Below are positions 14,498 through 27,900 of a stretch of DNA of 64,000 nucleotides, piece after piece. The notes beneath the pieces are model-generated. The model worked only from the letters and a program-made list of their open reading frames with translations. It did no database searches and was not told the DNA's origin. This stretch comes from Euprymna scolopes. Its lineage: Eukaryota. The translations under genes were made by a program, and so were the position numbers. The stretch's first letter is position 1, and every line of letters starts with the position of its first letter. Where the stretch lies: the NCBI GenBank assembly GCA_053919585.1, contig CM132804.1; one strand, 5' to 3'.

Positions 14498-15345
14498 TAC
14501 ATGAGGTGCCGTGAAAAGTTTCCAGATTTTTTGCACTGGCATTGAAGCTTGTCGTAGCTCTTCAAAATCCAGTATTTTATTGATATACACTTTACGAAGT
14601 GACTTAACACTTTTCATGATTTCAGTTTACTATAAACAGCTACAGCCAGAATTGAAATACACCTGACTAAAGCCTTATATTAAAAGATGGTGGCTTTCAA
14701 AAATGTTCCGGACGTAGGGACATTACAAAATTAAAAATGATTAGCAATAATAAGCTTGGAAAAAATGAAACAGAAATATATTGAATACGTCAGACTGTTT
14801 TTGACCAGCTTTCTGTAATCAAACATCAAGTTTTGAGTGGGAAAATATACAGGAAAAGCAGGGAGCTTGTGTGAATGATAAGGGATGTGGCGGTATAAGG
14901 AAGTCGCATGTATGATCTATATGCATTAGGTTTCCTCTGGACATAGGGTTAATAAGAGATACTGTTTAGGCTTCAAGGGAGTTCATGAACAGAATAGATC
15001 AGTGGCACTTTTACCAGGATAATGCATGTTCACAACTCCTTTGCGCACACTATTTGATGAAGATGGGAATCCAGGCAATTCCGCGTCGTCGCTGTACTCC
15101 AGCCCTTGCTCTCTGTGACTTTTGGTTGTTTTCTAAGCCTAAGGAAAACCTAGAGATTGTCATTATGAGACAATTGAGGTAGTGAATAAAGGCCATTGAT
15201 ACAATCATACAAGAGAACTTTCAGGTGGCCTACAAGAGATGGTTTGGCCGGTAAAACAAGTATATTGCAGGCGGAGATTACAATAAGTGAGACTAATTTT
15301 TTTATGTGTGTTCGACTTCGGGAAATTTACCGACATCACTTCGTA
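14498..15345 (+). mobile_element. Internally deleted, decayed Mariner element
   Basis: ORF 14985-15182 reads 'QWHFYQDNA...YLMKMGIQAIP...TPALALCDFWLFSK', matching the Mariner HDNA / YSPDLAP.D motifs. An N-terminal 'KLGKNETE' remnant lies at ~14752. The ends are degenerate inverted sequences (gaaaagtttccaga / cgggaaatttacc). Confidence 0.8.
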
Positions 15346-17274
15346 TGTTACCTTATTATAACTAAAATGTAGTTTTTTTATGATACTTGAATTCATGTAT
15401 TGAATACTGTAAAATTTTGTAAGTGAAAATGCAAAGTTAGACATAAGCTAAAGAGGTGGGTAATAAATTATAATCGAAATAATGCCTTTATTCCCGGATT
15501 TTGGCAGAAAATAATCAAATGCCCACTCATAAAATCCAATACAGATGTTAAACATCTGAAATTTAAACCGGCATATAATATCTATCTGATAGGGTGGAAT
15601 AGCCGTTTTAAAAATCTATCCAAACTAAAGTTCGGGAAAATTATTTATTTTTAATTCTACAAGCATCAGAAACATTCAAAATGTTTCGAAAAATCATCCG
15701 CCTTTTTTAACACGTTTTGCGTACAACCAGAAGCATAAACTAAATATAGTTCTCGTATTAACACTCTTTGCTACTTTATAATATAGCAATATGTATACAA
15801 ATGTACACTTATATTTAGAAACGAAAGTGTGTTACTGTTTTAATATCGATCAAAATTATGGAAAATAACATTTCCTCATGCGTGTTTCTTGAATAAAACA
15901 GGTAAATGATTCTATAAATGCACAATACGTTTGCTAAAATAGATAGTCATGTAAAGCGATTTAGGTCGATTACTTTATATAAACTGTTTGAATGCCTCAG
16001 GAAATCGGACAAATTTGAACTTTCCTTACACCAATTTAAAAGCAACTTTTCTCATTAAAAGCATACAATGAGGATGAAAGCTGAGGGGGAACAAAATCCC
16101 ATCAATGTCTTCATTTCATTATCACTTGAGCAAAGGTTTGCTCAACACCGGCTATGTCACCAAACAAAATTAATATAATGAGGTATAAAATCTATCAATT
16201 ATTTGACGAAATTGCATGCAAACAAACCAATCTCGATAAATAGGCCATTAAGTGAGCGCTAGGAAACGTATTAAAACTGAAATATATTACTTCGGTAAAT
16301 TGTGAAAACATGGGCTATACGTAACGCTACACCTCTAATATACGGCCTTAACAATCATTAAAAATAATGTCAACAGCAGTAAATAAAAAATCAAAATATT
16401 TTTTGTAATGTTCTGACGGTTTGTGTCGGATATATCATGTATCATTTCGTTGCTAAGCAACTGATGGAACATTCGCATTATTCTTTTATTATCTTGTTCT
16501 CATGTTTTTGTTTTTTTCTCACCTCTTATTTATCCAGGTAATTTAATTAAGAAAGTCCATTGACACAACATAATTCGCTTACGGCAAAAAAACGCTATTG
16601 TAATTTCAATAAACCAACGCCTCCTAAGAATGTAAATTATCTTTTGTTTACATTTGAATCAAGTTGGCACTTTCAATAATAAAGCCAATTGTTACATTTT
16701 ATTGTAGGCTAATCGGCATCAGTTCTCCAATAGCTTAATGTTTTTTTATGCACTATACAGTGGGGGGTGGTGTTCGCATACTTTCAATTAAATCAACTAT
16801 TCTCAAGTTAAAATTTTCAGTTTTATAATTATTATTAATAGTAGTTCAGCTAGTTGTATTCAATATTACAATATCTATCTTTCTTGTAGTTTTAAGAGAT
16901 AATTTCTCTNNNNNNNNNNNNNNNNNNNNNNNNNNNNNNNNNNNNNNNNNNNNNNNNNNNNNNNNNNNNNNNNNNNNNNNNNNNNNNNNNNNNNNNNNNN
17001 NNNNNNNNNNNNNNNNNNNNNNNNNNNNNNNNNNNNNNNNNNNNNNNNNNNNNNNNNNNNNNNNNNNNNNNNNNNNNNNNACAATTAAAAAATTGTCTGG
17101 GAACTAAACTAAGTCTGCAAGTTTTCTGCCTGTTCTCGATTTTCGGTCACTGCTGTATTTCACATTTAAAGTCCGTAATTTCGTCTATATTTCAATGGAA
17201 CTAAAGTAGCAATCGAACTTTCCGACATTGAATATTGCAGAATCATGAAACACTAGACTGCATGAAGTCGATGT

Positions 17275-18588
17275 AAAATATGCTAGCAGAAGATTGAGAA
17301 TTGAATGTGATAGGTAGGAAACATATACTAGTTGAAGACCCGAGGTTGCCCAGGATAAACTGAGAAATGTGTCTAAGATTTAATGAGATAGGAAGTGAAT
17401 ATATACAAGCAGAGGATCTGATTTTGTCTGGGATTAAATGAGATAGGTGCGAAATATGTTATAGCAGAGGGCCCAGCGTCGCACAGGATTGAATAAAATA
17501 GTAAGGGAATATATACTAGCAGTCGGCCCGACGTTGCCCAGGATGAAATGAGATATGTGGGAAATATATAGATGCAGAAGGCCTGTTTCCACCGGGATTG
17601 GGTGAGATTGTTAGGGAATATATATTAGCAGACGGCACGGCGTCGCCCAAAATTGAATGAGATAGGTAGACAACATACACTAGCAAAAGACCCGGTGTAA
17701 CACGGGATTGAATGAGATAGGAGGGAAATATATACATGCAGATAGTCCAGCATCGCCAGGGATTGAATAAGATAGTTGAAAATATATACTAGAAGATGAC
17801 CAAGCGTCGCCCGGGATTGAATGAGATTAGTGGAAAAATATACTAGCAGAAGACGCCGCATCGCCCAGGATTTAATGTAGATAGAAATATATAATAGAAG
17901 AGGATATCGCATTACCTGAGATTAAATGAGAAAATTAGCCGTGATTAAATAGGTAGGAAGTATATACTAGTATAAGGCACGGCTTGTTTGAGATTAAATG
18001 AGCTAGGAAGGAAATACATACCAACAGATGACCCGGCGTCTTCCGGGATTTAATGAGATATGTGGGAAATATATGCTAGCTCGAGGCCAGCGTTTTCAGG
18101 AATTGAATGACATTAGTGGAAAAAATATAGTAGCAGTAGACCAGGCATCACCTTGGATTGAATAAGAAAGGTAAACGTATATATTAGCAGAAGACACGGT
18201 GTTGCCTAAGATTAAATAGATGGGTAGCTGGGATTGAATAAGATAGCTATAAAATATCTACTAGTAGTAGATTCGACGTTGTCTGGGATAACATGAGATT
18301 GGTAGAATATATACTAACAGAAGGCACGGCGTATCCCGGGATTGAATGAGATAGGTAAGGAAAATATAAGCAGAAAGTCTGGCGTTGCTTATGATTGAAC
18401 GAGACACGTAAGAAATATACAGTACCTTATGGCCCGGCATCGCCCAGATTGTGTGAGATGGGTGGAAAAATATGCTAGCAGGAGACCAGCATCCCCCATA
18501 ATCGAATGAGAACAATGGAAATATGTACTAACAGATGCACGGCGCCACATGGGATTAAATGAGATAGGTAGGTGGATTGCGATAGGTA

Positions 18589-18590
<2 letters not shown>
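17275..18590 (-). repeat. Tandem array of ~23 diverged ~55-bp units, each a Helitron-type 3' terminus
   Basis: Plus-strand consensus TACTAGCAGAAGACCCGGCGTCGCCCGGGATTGAATGAGATAGGTAGGAAATATA, with a period of 54-55 bp (e.g. 17625, 17680, 17735, 17789, 17843). The reverse complement is a CCCGGGCGACGCCGGG hairpin, a short spacer and CTAG. Confidence 0.9.
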
Positions 18591-18640
<50 letters not shown>

Positions 18641-18644
<4 letters not shown>

Positions 18645-21626
18645 TTTCTCTTTTTATTAAATTTTCACTCCAAATAAGGCGCATTGCCACTGTGGTGTAG
18701 GGGGCTACTATCAGGGGCAGCAACTACTGAGCCACTATGTTGGGATTTAGGCAGCAAGATGTCAGTTCAGGTTACACTTGAACTTCTGCATGTCAGTACA
18801 GTTGTGGCAGCAGGAAACTGGAATGGCATTCCAGAGTCAAGCGCTTCTGGGGAAGAAACTACCAGAGTAGAAATATCTTCTACATCTATGGATCTCTACT
18901 GTGTGGGGGTGGGATTTAGCTGCCTGTCGGGTTTGTTGAGGATGTCTACGTCGTGGGGGCACAAGTGTCTGCAGTTCGCCTGAGCATTCACCATTAAAAT
19001 ACTTGTAGAACAGGCAGAGGGGTGCAACGTTTCGTCGATTGGACAGAGGCTGGAGCTTAGATACCAGTTCAGGGCCTATCAGATTGCCCACTCTCTTTTG
19101 AACCTTGTCTAGGAGCGAGAGACTAGCAGCAGATGCGCCAGCCAAAATGTGACAGTAATACTCCATACATGGGAGAATGGTCGTCTTATAGAGGTACAGG
19201 ATACTTTCAGGTGTCAGTAGTTTTCTAGAACGGTAGAAAGAGCCTACCTTCTTCGCAGCGGCTCTGGCAATGTTTTTAATATAATTGTTTCAACTTATGT
19301 TTTCTGTGAACGTTAGGTCAAGCAGTTTGAAAGATGTACTCTCAGAGAGGGAGTCACTGGCCATTGCTATTTGTGGCAGAAAAGGATTCTTGTAATTATT
19401 GAAGAACACTAGTGTAGTTTTGGCAGCATTGAATGTGACCATCAATTTTTGCCCCCATTCCACTACAGATTGGCTGTCATCCTCTAGTGTTTTTGCCATT
19501 TCTTTAGTTATGTGTTCATTTGTTTTCCTCTCATGCCTATTATAGAGTGTGGTGTCGTCAGCATATATATCCATCTCAGAGACAGTTTTGTCGGGGAGGT
19601 CATTAATAAATATTAGGAACAATAGAAGCCCAAGGATAGACCCCTGAGGCACTCGCGCATTTATATCACACTGTTTGGATATACGACCGTCGAGGACAAC
19701 CTGGATTTTACTTTTATCTAAGAAGGATTTAATTATGTTAAGTATTCTACCAGTTATACCGTATGATCTGATTTTCCTGAGGAATTCCTCATCCCATACC
19801 TGTCAAAACCCTTAGATATATATAGAGCTATCGCTCTGCCTTCTCCCGCTTTGTCCAGTGAATGGTATATACGTTCAGAGATTACAGTGAGGATGTCTGC
19901 TGTGGAACGGGCTTGTCTAAATCCAGATTTTTGGTCGGTCAGAAGTATAGCATCTGTAATGTGACGGACTAAAGTATGGTTAATTATGGTCTCAAATATT
20001 TTGGCGAAAAGTGGGAGAAGGCTAATGGGGCGATAATTTAATGGGTCAGTTCTTTCGCCAGAATTCTTGAATACTGGTACCACAGAAGCAGTTTTCCAAC
20101 AGCCAGGAAAGCATGATTCATGTTGGAGAGTTTGGAGAGAACTGGAGCTACTTCGGCGGATCACTTTTTTAATAGCATATCTGGGATGAGATCAGGTCCT
20201 CATGCTTTTGAAGTGTCAAGGTATTTTATGATAGCATGTACCCGAGCAGGGGCGATTTTTAGATCGTCTAGCGTGGCGTCTGTCCGCAAAGGAAAGTCAG
20301 GCATAGGGTGGTTGGAAGTGTCCAGTGTGGAGTTTGAGGCAAACCGACTGGCAAGCATATTAGCCTTGTCGGTTGCTGAGCAAACAACGTCGTGATTGAT
20401 GGTTAGTGGAGGAATTGTTGATTGCCCATTATTTACTACACTGTTGTAGATTTTCCAGAAGTCACGAGTTCCTAATTTTTGTACTTCGATGCGTTTTTAG
20501 TTCAGTAAATTCTCTCTTAGCTGTCGCTAGTTCTTTCTTTACGTTACTTCTAGCTTCTATATACTTATGTCTGTTTGAACTGGACTTATGTCGGTTAAAT
20601 CTGCGGTATGCATGCTGCCTTTGAGCAATGGCAGTTGCGCAAGTAGAAGTAAACCATTGGGGAGAGTGGGGATTGCTATAAATTTCAGCATGGGAACATA
20701 TGCTTCAATTTCTGTTTTTAACCATTCAGTGGTCCCATTTTCGCACTGTTCAGCAGGAAGAGAAAACATATTTCCCCATGGGACATATCTGATAATATCT
20801 CTGATGGCTTCCCAGTCAGCCTTTTTATAATATCTCGTTGTTTTGAGCACTGGCTCTTCAGTTGTGGGTCTAGAGTGTAGGACGATTTCGACCATTATCA
20901 CTGCATGAACAGCGTCCCCGAGTGGGCTGTCAGCATTTGTTATGCCATCCTCGGGAACTTTAGTCAGAAACAGATCTAGAAGTCATGCGTGTCAGTTGGA
21001 AACGTAACCATTTGTGATAGGGAGTGAGATATAGCGAAGCTATGTGTTGTGCTGTCCGCTGTATCTGTGTGAGTAGAGAATCCAAGCCAGTTTTTGTGGT
21101 GAACATAAAAGTCCGCAAATACATGTACTTGGGCGCTAGTGTCGAGGGAGAGTGCTGTGGCTATGCTGTCAGAGACTTTGTTTATTATGGTGCAGTCCTG
21201 GGTCGAGGGAGAGCGGTAGAGAAAATAAAAGTAGATTATGTTATGTTGTATGTTAAGTCTAAAGCACATTAAGACTCGGTCGTCCGTTTCTAGGGTTGTT
21301 TCTTTAGTTAGGGAGGGGGTGTAACGAATGTAGACTCCAATTCCGTGCATATGTCTGTCAGAGTCCTTACGGCAGAGTGGGAGATAGTCAGGCATGTTAA
21401 AGTAGTTAGAGGGGATTGGGGAGTGTAGGTTAGTCTCGCTTAGTGCTAAGATATCCGGGGTATTTGTTAGGAGAAATGCTTCAACATGAGCTAAATTAGT
21501 TCTAAGCCCACGGATGTTAGTGACTGCAAGCATCAAGGGAAGAGGCAAGTTGATGTGTTTGTCCCTAGGCCTGGTTTAAGCTTATTATTTTATTGTACTG
21601 TCATCATGTTTTTAAAGAGTTTCAGT
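18641..21626 (-). mobile_element. CR1/L2-group LINE, complete but decayed ORF2 (APE endonuclease + RT)
   Basis: APE domain 'LAVTNIRGLRTN...DILALSETNL' (20976-21548). RT blocks 'WKTASVVPVFK..DPLNYRPISLL', 'GFRQARST', 'PQGSILG..LFLIFINDLP' and 'YADD'. C-terminal 'MEYYCHILAGA'. Several frameshifts. The A-rich tail at ~18641 abuts (TA)n. Confidence 0.95.
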
Positions 21627-21945
21627 TAGGTATATATATTAGCAGAGTACCTGGTGATGCTCAGGATTAAATAAGATAGGTGGGAAATATATACTAGCAG
21701 AAGACCCGGCTTCGCTTGGGATTGAATGATATAGGAAAAAAAGATACACTAGCAGAATGCCAGGCTTCGCCAGAGATTGAATGAAATAGGTAGGAAATAT
21801 ACACTACCAGAAGTACCGGCGTCGTCCGAGATATAGTGAGATAGGTAGGAAATATATACAAACATAAGGCCTGGCGTTGCTCGGTATTTCAGGAGATAAG
21901 AATGAAAATACATACTAGCAGAAGACTTGATGTTGTCCGGGATTA
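21627..21945 (-). repeat. Continuation of the 55-bp Helitron-3'-end array (~6 units)
   Basis: Same consensus as 17275-18590, with units near 21640, 21694, 21749, 21803, 21858 and 21914. Confidence 0.88.
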
Positions 21946-23397
21946 TATGACACTTGTGAAATATAAAGTCAGTCCGGGAAGAAAATTAACTTATTTCATG
22001 TATATTTGTTATAGTTGTTTGTGTGTGAGAGGGGAATATGTAGTCAGTTTTGGGAAAAGTGCTGAAACAGTTAACGATATAAACATGTGTTTATTATATG
22101 TATAGTTGTAACAGTGAAGGAATATAAAGTCAGTTCGGGAAAGTGCTGAAACAGTTTACGATCAAAAAATAACTTTTATTCATATATATTATTGGCGTTC
22201 GGTGAAGTTAATTCAGGTAAGATTCTGTAGGGGATGATTGATATTTTATGAATGTTTAATGACTTCGTCCGGGAATGACGTCACAGTTGTAGTGGTGGAA
22301 AAATGCATGATTATGTTGTTTTTAAACGTGCTCTCGTGTTCTCTACGGCTTACCAAATCTTTTCTATATTAGTCAGCGTTGGAGGCAGTAATGTCCTTTT
22401 GGGGATCACAAAACCATCTCCTTCAATGTCATATTCCAAAAAATATAGAATATCTGTTGATTCATGCTCCGAAAATCAAGCCATTTCTCTTACTATCATA
22501 TGGTCAGTGGTGGGGTGGGGGGAAGAACTACATAAATATTGAAATTCCTGGTAAAGTAAATGTTGCTTAATACAATACGTGCTAATACATTTATGTAAGT
22601 ATATGGAAAACCTGTTGAGTTATTTTCAGGAAATGATGCGATTTTACTAAAAATAATAGTGTTGGTAGTCGGGAGCGAAAGAAGATAGTAATGTGGGATT
22701 TCATACTGAATCAAATGTTGCCTAATGACGAAGCTTCTCAAAATATTGTGTACTTCTTTGTAACACCTGCTAAGTAATCTTCCGAAAATGATGTATTTTC
22801 CCACAGGAAAATGATGTTGACAGTGAGGAAAAAATATGAAACACAGTAATGTAGAATTGTATAATGAAGCAAGGGTTGTCTAATAACTAACCGTGAAAAT
22901 GTATTTATGTATTAATTTTAAAATACTGCTGAGATATCCTCCAGAAAATGACATAATGTTTCATAAATTTATAGTGACGATAGTGGGAGATGAAAGAAAA
23001 CCAATAATGTTGAAATTTATAGTGAAACAACGGATGGCTGTTCATAAACCAATAGAACGTATTCATGTATTAACCTACAAATCTGTCTTTTACAATGACT
23101 TCATTTTATTTTCTTTAAATTATGGTTGCCTTCGTGGGAAGAGAAATTATTTCACATATGTTCTATATTACCTGTCGGGAGTAGGTTAAATTGTTTATTT
23201 AAATTACCCGTCCGAGAGTAGGTAAAATTATTTGAAACATGTGGTGTACGTTACCTGTCCTCGCGAAGTAAACTTATTTCATATACATGATGTAAATAAC
23301 TTATCGTAGGGAAGGTACAGTTATTTCATACATATGTTATATCCGTATCAGAGTGGATAAAATATTTTTTAGCTCGAAATAGCAACTGACATATAGA
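21915..23397 (-). mobile_element. Probable non-autonomous Helitron body feeding into the 55-bp array
   Basis: On the minus strand it begins A|TCTATATG at 23397 and ends in hairpin + CTAG at ~21915. It has internal short direct repeats (taaagtcagt.cgggaa; ttacctgtc..gagtagg). Confidence 0.45.
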
Positions 23398-24305
23398 TAT
23401 TAAAATTCCTCTACACGAATAATAACAGATATTCCCAAAATCAACTTCAGTTTTCTCATTGTTTTATACAGTCCTAAGCAACGCCGGATAACCCTGCTTC
23501 TCAATAATAAATAGATCAGTATATACGTAAGTCTAGATTTAAGGCAATATAATTTTAATATCGCTACATGATCGCTTCTTATTAGTTATATAATATTAAC
23601 CCACCGAATTAAACGACGAAAATGTCCTCACATGTTCACAGGCAACTCTCCAAATGAAAACTAAAAAACTAATTATACAAACATCGCTGTTTTAAAAGTA
23701 TTATGTTTCCTATGAAAACAAGAAACGGAAAATAGAGGAAAAGAAACGTTAGAGAAAAAGAGCGAAATAATAGGTCAGCAAATATACCTACTCAGAAACA
23801 GACTTTACTTCTGATGCTGCGCTAAGAGAAATAAGTAAAATAATCTGGAATGATATTTTAACATGTGGAGATGTGTTGAATATTTTGTTATATTTTATTT
23901 TATTTAGCTTCAGTTTTTGGAAGTTTTACTTTTCATTTCGTTAAAAATGAAACACTTGATCACTAACAACACTATATGCAGATATGTATGTAAAATTTAA
24001 ATAATATAAAATGGCGTCAAACAAATATGTATAATAACTTTAATTAAAAACTGTAAATAAAGGTTATAATAAATAATACTCAAAAGAAATATGTAACAAA
24101 AATTGTATGTTAAAGTGATTGAGGTTTAATACTAATTATGGTAAAAAATAAAAAAAATGATAAAAAAGAATAATAATGCAATAATAAAAGTTTTAATCGC
24201 TACATTATCTAAAAAAATAAAATAATTATCACTGTTCAAGTAGATGCAAATATTTGTATGTATCTATATATGTAGGAATCAGTAATAAAAGAAAATGAAG
24301 GTATA

Positions 24306-24380
<75 letters not shown>

Positions 24381-24908
24381 TTGTTTAAAATGTATATACA
24401 TCAATTGGAATATTTAGATAAAGNNNNNNNNNNNNNNNNNNNNNNNNNNNNNNNNNNNNNNNNNNNNNNNNNNNNNNNNNNNNNNNNNNNNNNNNNNNNN
24501 NNNNNNNNNNNNNNNNNNNNNNNNNNNNNNNNNNNNNNNNNNNNNNNNNNNNNNNNNNNNNNNNAACACATGTTAAAAACCACTCTGAAAAAGAGAAAAA
24601 ACATATTTAATCTGCGGAGGATACACTTAATAAGTGGATCGTCCTTAATCCGCGGAGTTTCTCATCAGAGGATAGGAATTACCAAATGCGGGATCGGATT
24701 TCGGAGACAAAAGTATTTGATGAAACTGCAATTTGATAACAAAAAGTGATGGTAAAATCCAAAAATGTAAATCCAGAAANNNNNNNNNNNNNNNNNNNNN
24801 NNNNNNNNNNNNNNNNNNNNNNNNNNNNNNNNNNNNNNNNNNNNNNNNNNNNNNNNNNNNNNNNNNNNNNNNNNNNNNNNNNNNNNNNNNNNNNNNNNNN
24901 NNNNNNNN

Positions 24909-27900
24909 TCGACGATGACCAAGGTATCAATCAGTTCGGCGTCGGGGGTTGGTGGGTTTTGAGATGGCTGATGAGGCCAATCAATGCTCGGCAGACTCTT
25001 CCACACTCTGGACACGTGAAGGCGGTATCGGCAGGCTGTGAACCGGCAGCTCTCTCCTTCCGCCTGTTGCGCTTTTGCTGGTCGTGTGTCATGCGTTGAC
25101 CCTCTGCCCTGTCGGCTCCTAGGCTGATGGCGCAACGCCAGGCAGAATATTCCGCAGCGCGACTCTCCCAAGACTGGGAGCTGATGTCAAAGTCTTTGAG
25201 GGAGGTTCTCAGGCAGTCTTTATATCGTCTGTTTTGGCCCCCTACAGTCCGCTTTCCCTGGCTGAGTTCCCCATAGAAAAGTTATTTGGGGATTCGGCTG
25301 TCATGCATGCGATAGACATGGCCTGCCCACCGGAGCTAGGTTTTGCGAGTTATGCTTGTAATGGTATGGAGCCCTGCGCGCTTCAGGACTTCTGTGTCAG
25401 GAATTCTGTCTTGCCAGTGGATGTTGAGAAGATTACGGAGGCATCTGAGGTGGAAGCCATTCAGCAGTTTTTCATGTGTTTTTTTATATGGCGTCCAAGT
25501 TTCACTGGCGTAGACTAGGATTTCAGGACGACTGCTCGGTATACTTTCAGTTTGGTTGCGAGTTTAATGCCTCTCCTCTTCCACACATTGTCTAAAAGTC
25601 TTCCAAATGCACTGCTCGCTGTGGAGGTCCTATGGTTAAACTCAATGTCAATGTTGGCTGTGCGGGAGAGGGTGAATTGCTCCACAGCATGGATCTTCTG
25701 CCCTTTGACAGTGATGCCGGGTTCATGGCATGCATCTCCTGGGGCGGGTTGGTACATAACTTATGTCTTATTTGTACTGATGGTGAGACCAAAGTAGTCA
25801 CAACTGGTGGAGAATCCGTCCATTTGACGTTGCATCTCTATCTCATTTGGGACATTAAGGGCGCAGTCATCGGCAAAGAGAAGGTCTTTGATGATGGTTT
25901 CCCTTACTCTCGTGACTGCCTGCATTCGCCTGATGTTAAACAATTTCCCGTCTCATCTGTACTTGATGGCAATGCCATAGTGACTGTCTTTGAAAGCGTT
26001 CTGGAGCATGGCAGAGAAAACCATGCTGAAGAGCGTCGGGGCTAAGATATAGCTCTGCTTGACTCCGTTGGTCACAAGGAGGGGTTCTGAGGGGTCGTTG
26101 TCATACAGGACACGGGCCGTTATGGCGATGAACCTGTTTGGGCAACCAACTTTTTCCATGATCCGCCAGAGGCCATTTCGGCAAACAGTGTCGAGGGCCT
26201 TGGTCAGGTCGACGAACGTGGTGTAGAGGCCCCGGTGCTGCTCGACACACTTCTCCTGCAGTTGGCGTGCAGCAAAGATCATATCAGTCGCCCCGCTGCC
26301 CGCTCGAAAGCCACACTGACTCTGGTTAAGACGACAATCTTCAAGGTGCACCAGCAGGCGGTTGAGAAGGACGCGGGTCAGGATTTTCCCGGCGATGATT
26401 GTCACATGAATGACGATTTCCTTTGCATTTGTAAATGTGAACAATAGTAGCATCACGAACATCTTGGGGAAGTTCTTCACTCTCCCACACAGATTGGAAG
26501 AGTTCTGCCAGTCTTACAAGCAGTGTAGGTCCACCAGATTTGTATACTTCTGCTAGAATTGAGTCAGGAGCAGGGGCCTTCCCAGAGGAAAGTTGCTTGA
26601 TGGGTTTCATTACTTCCTCTGACGAGGGTGGGATGTTCAGCTCCTCGTTGATAGGCTCCTGGCGTAGTCGGTCGATGGATTCATCGTTGATGGAAGATGG
26701 CCGGTTTAGCATGCAGTTAAAGTGCTCTGCCCATCTATCAAAGATCTGCTTTTTGTCATTCAATAGAGTTGTTCCATCGGAGCTAAGCAGGGAGGAGGAG
26801 CTAGAGGACTGGGGACCGTGGACAACTCTCAGCGCATCGTAAAACTTCCTCAAATCATAACTATCGGCATGCTCCCGGATCTCATCTGTTTTGGCGCTGA
26901 GCCACGCATTCTGCATGGAGCAGAGTCTGGCCTGAACCTTGCTGCGGATGTTGATGAAGGCAGCTTTCTTTGTGAAGCACTTCGGGTCACTCTGATGTGC
27001 ACGGAGAAGTTGGTGTTTCTCCTACAGGAAGGGTTGAATCTCAGAGTCATTTTCATCAAAGCAGTCCAGGTGAATCTTTTTCTTGGGTCCAATGATTTCG
27101 AGAGCGATGGAGTATGTGAAGTCTCTGAGGCGTGCCCACTTATCTTCAATAGTGCCCGAGATGGTAAGGGGGACAGATAGCTTGTCGTTGATTGCTTCCT
27201 GTAGCTCATGGATGACATCTGGAATTTTCAGTTTCTCCACGTCAAGGCGATTTGTGACTTTCTGGCCCTGAGGCCGCCTCTTGGTTTGGATGTAGAGGCA
27301 TATTTTGGATATCATCAGGCGGTGGTCTGTCCAACAGTCGGCACCACACACAACCTTGGTCAAACTTATATTTCTGCTGTTCCTTGCCCTGATGATGACG
27401 TAGTCGATCGGATGCCAGTGGTGGGAGCATGGGTGCATCTAAGACGTCTTGCTACGGGTGGGTAGGTGGAACATGGTGTTTGTGATGGAAAGGTCGTGTG
27501 CCGCCCGTTGCTATTGTACTTGCGCACTCCATGGTGGCCAAGGACCCGGTCCCAAGTGGAATGGTCCGTGCCAACGCGGGCATTGAAGTCGCCGAGGACG
27601 ATAAGCTTCTCTCTCTGCGGAGCAGCGGAGATGAGGCTTTCCAGATCTTCATAGAACTGGTCCTTGGTATCTTTGGGGTTAGTCATGGTTGGTGCGTAGG
27701 CGCTGATCAGTGTGGCGGTTCTTCCTTTGCTGAGCGGGAGTTGCATCTTCATCAGCCGGTCATTAATGCCGTCCGGGATACAGAACAACTTTCTTACGTG
27801 CTCAGTCTTGATGGCGAAGCCTACGTCAGCCTCTCTGCGCTCCTCGCTGCTGCGTCCACTCCAGAAAAAGGTGTAGCCGCCATCTGACTCTGTGAGTTGA

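Noticed and set aside
17275-18590. CRISPR-like array of palindromic repeats
   Set aside because: The whole 55-bp unit repeats with no unique spacers, there are no cas genes and the context is eukaryotic.
24650-24675. CTGATGAG on the minus strand as a hammerhead (also near 37755)
   Set aside because: There is no correctly placed helix II followed by GAAA.
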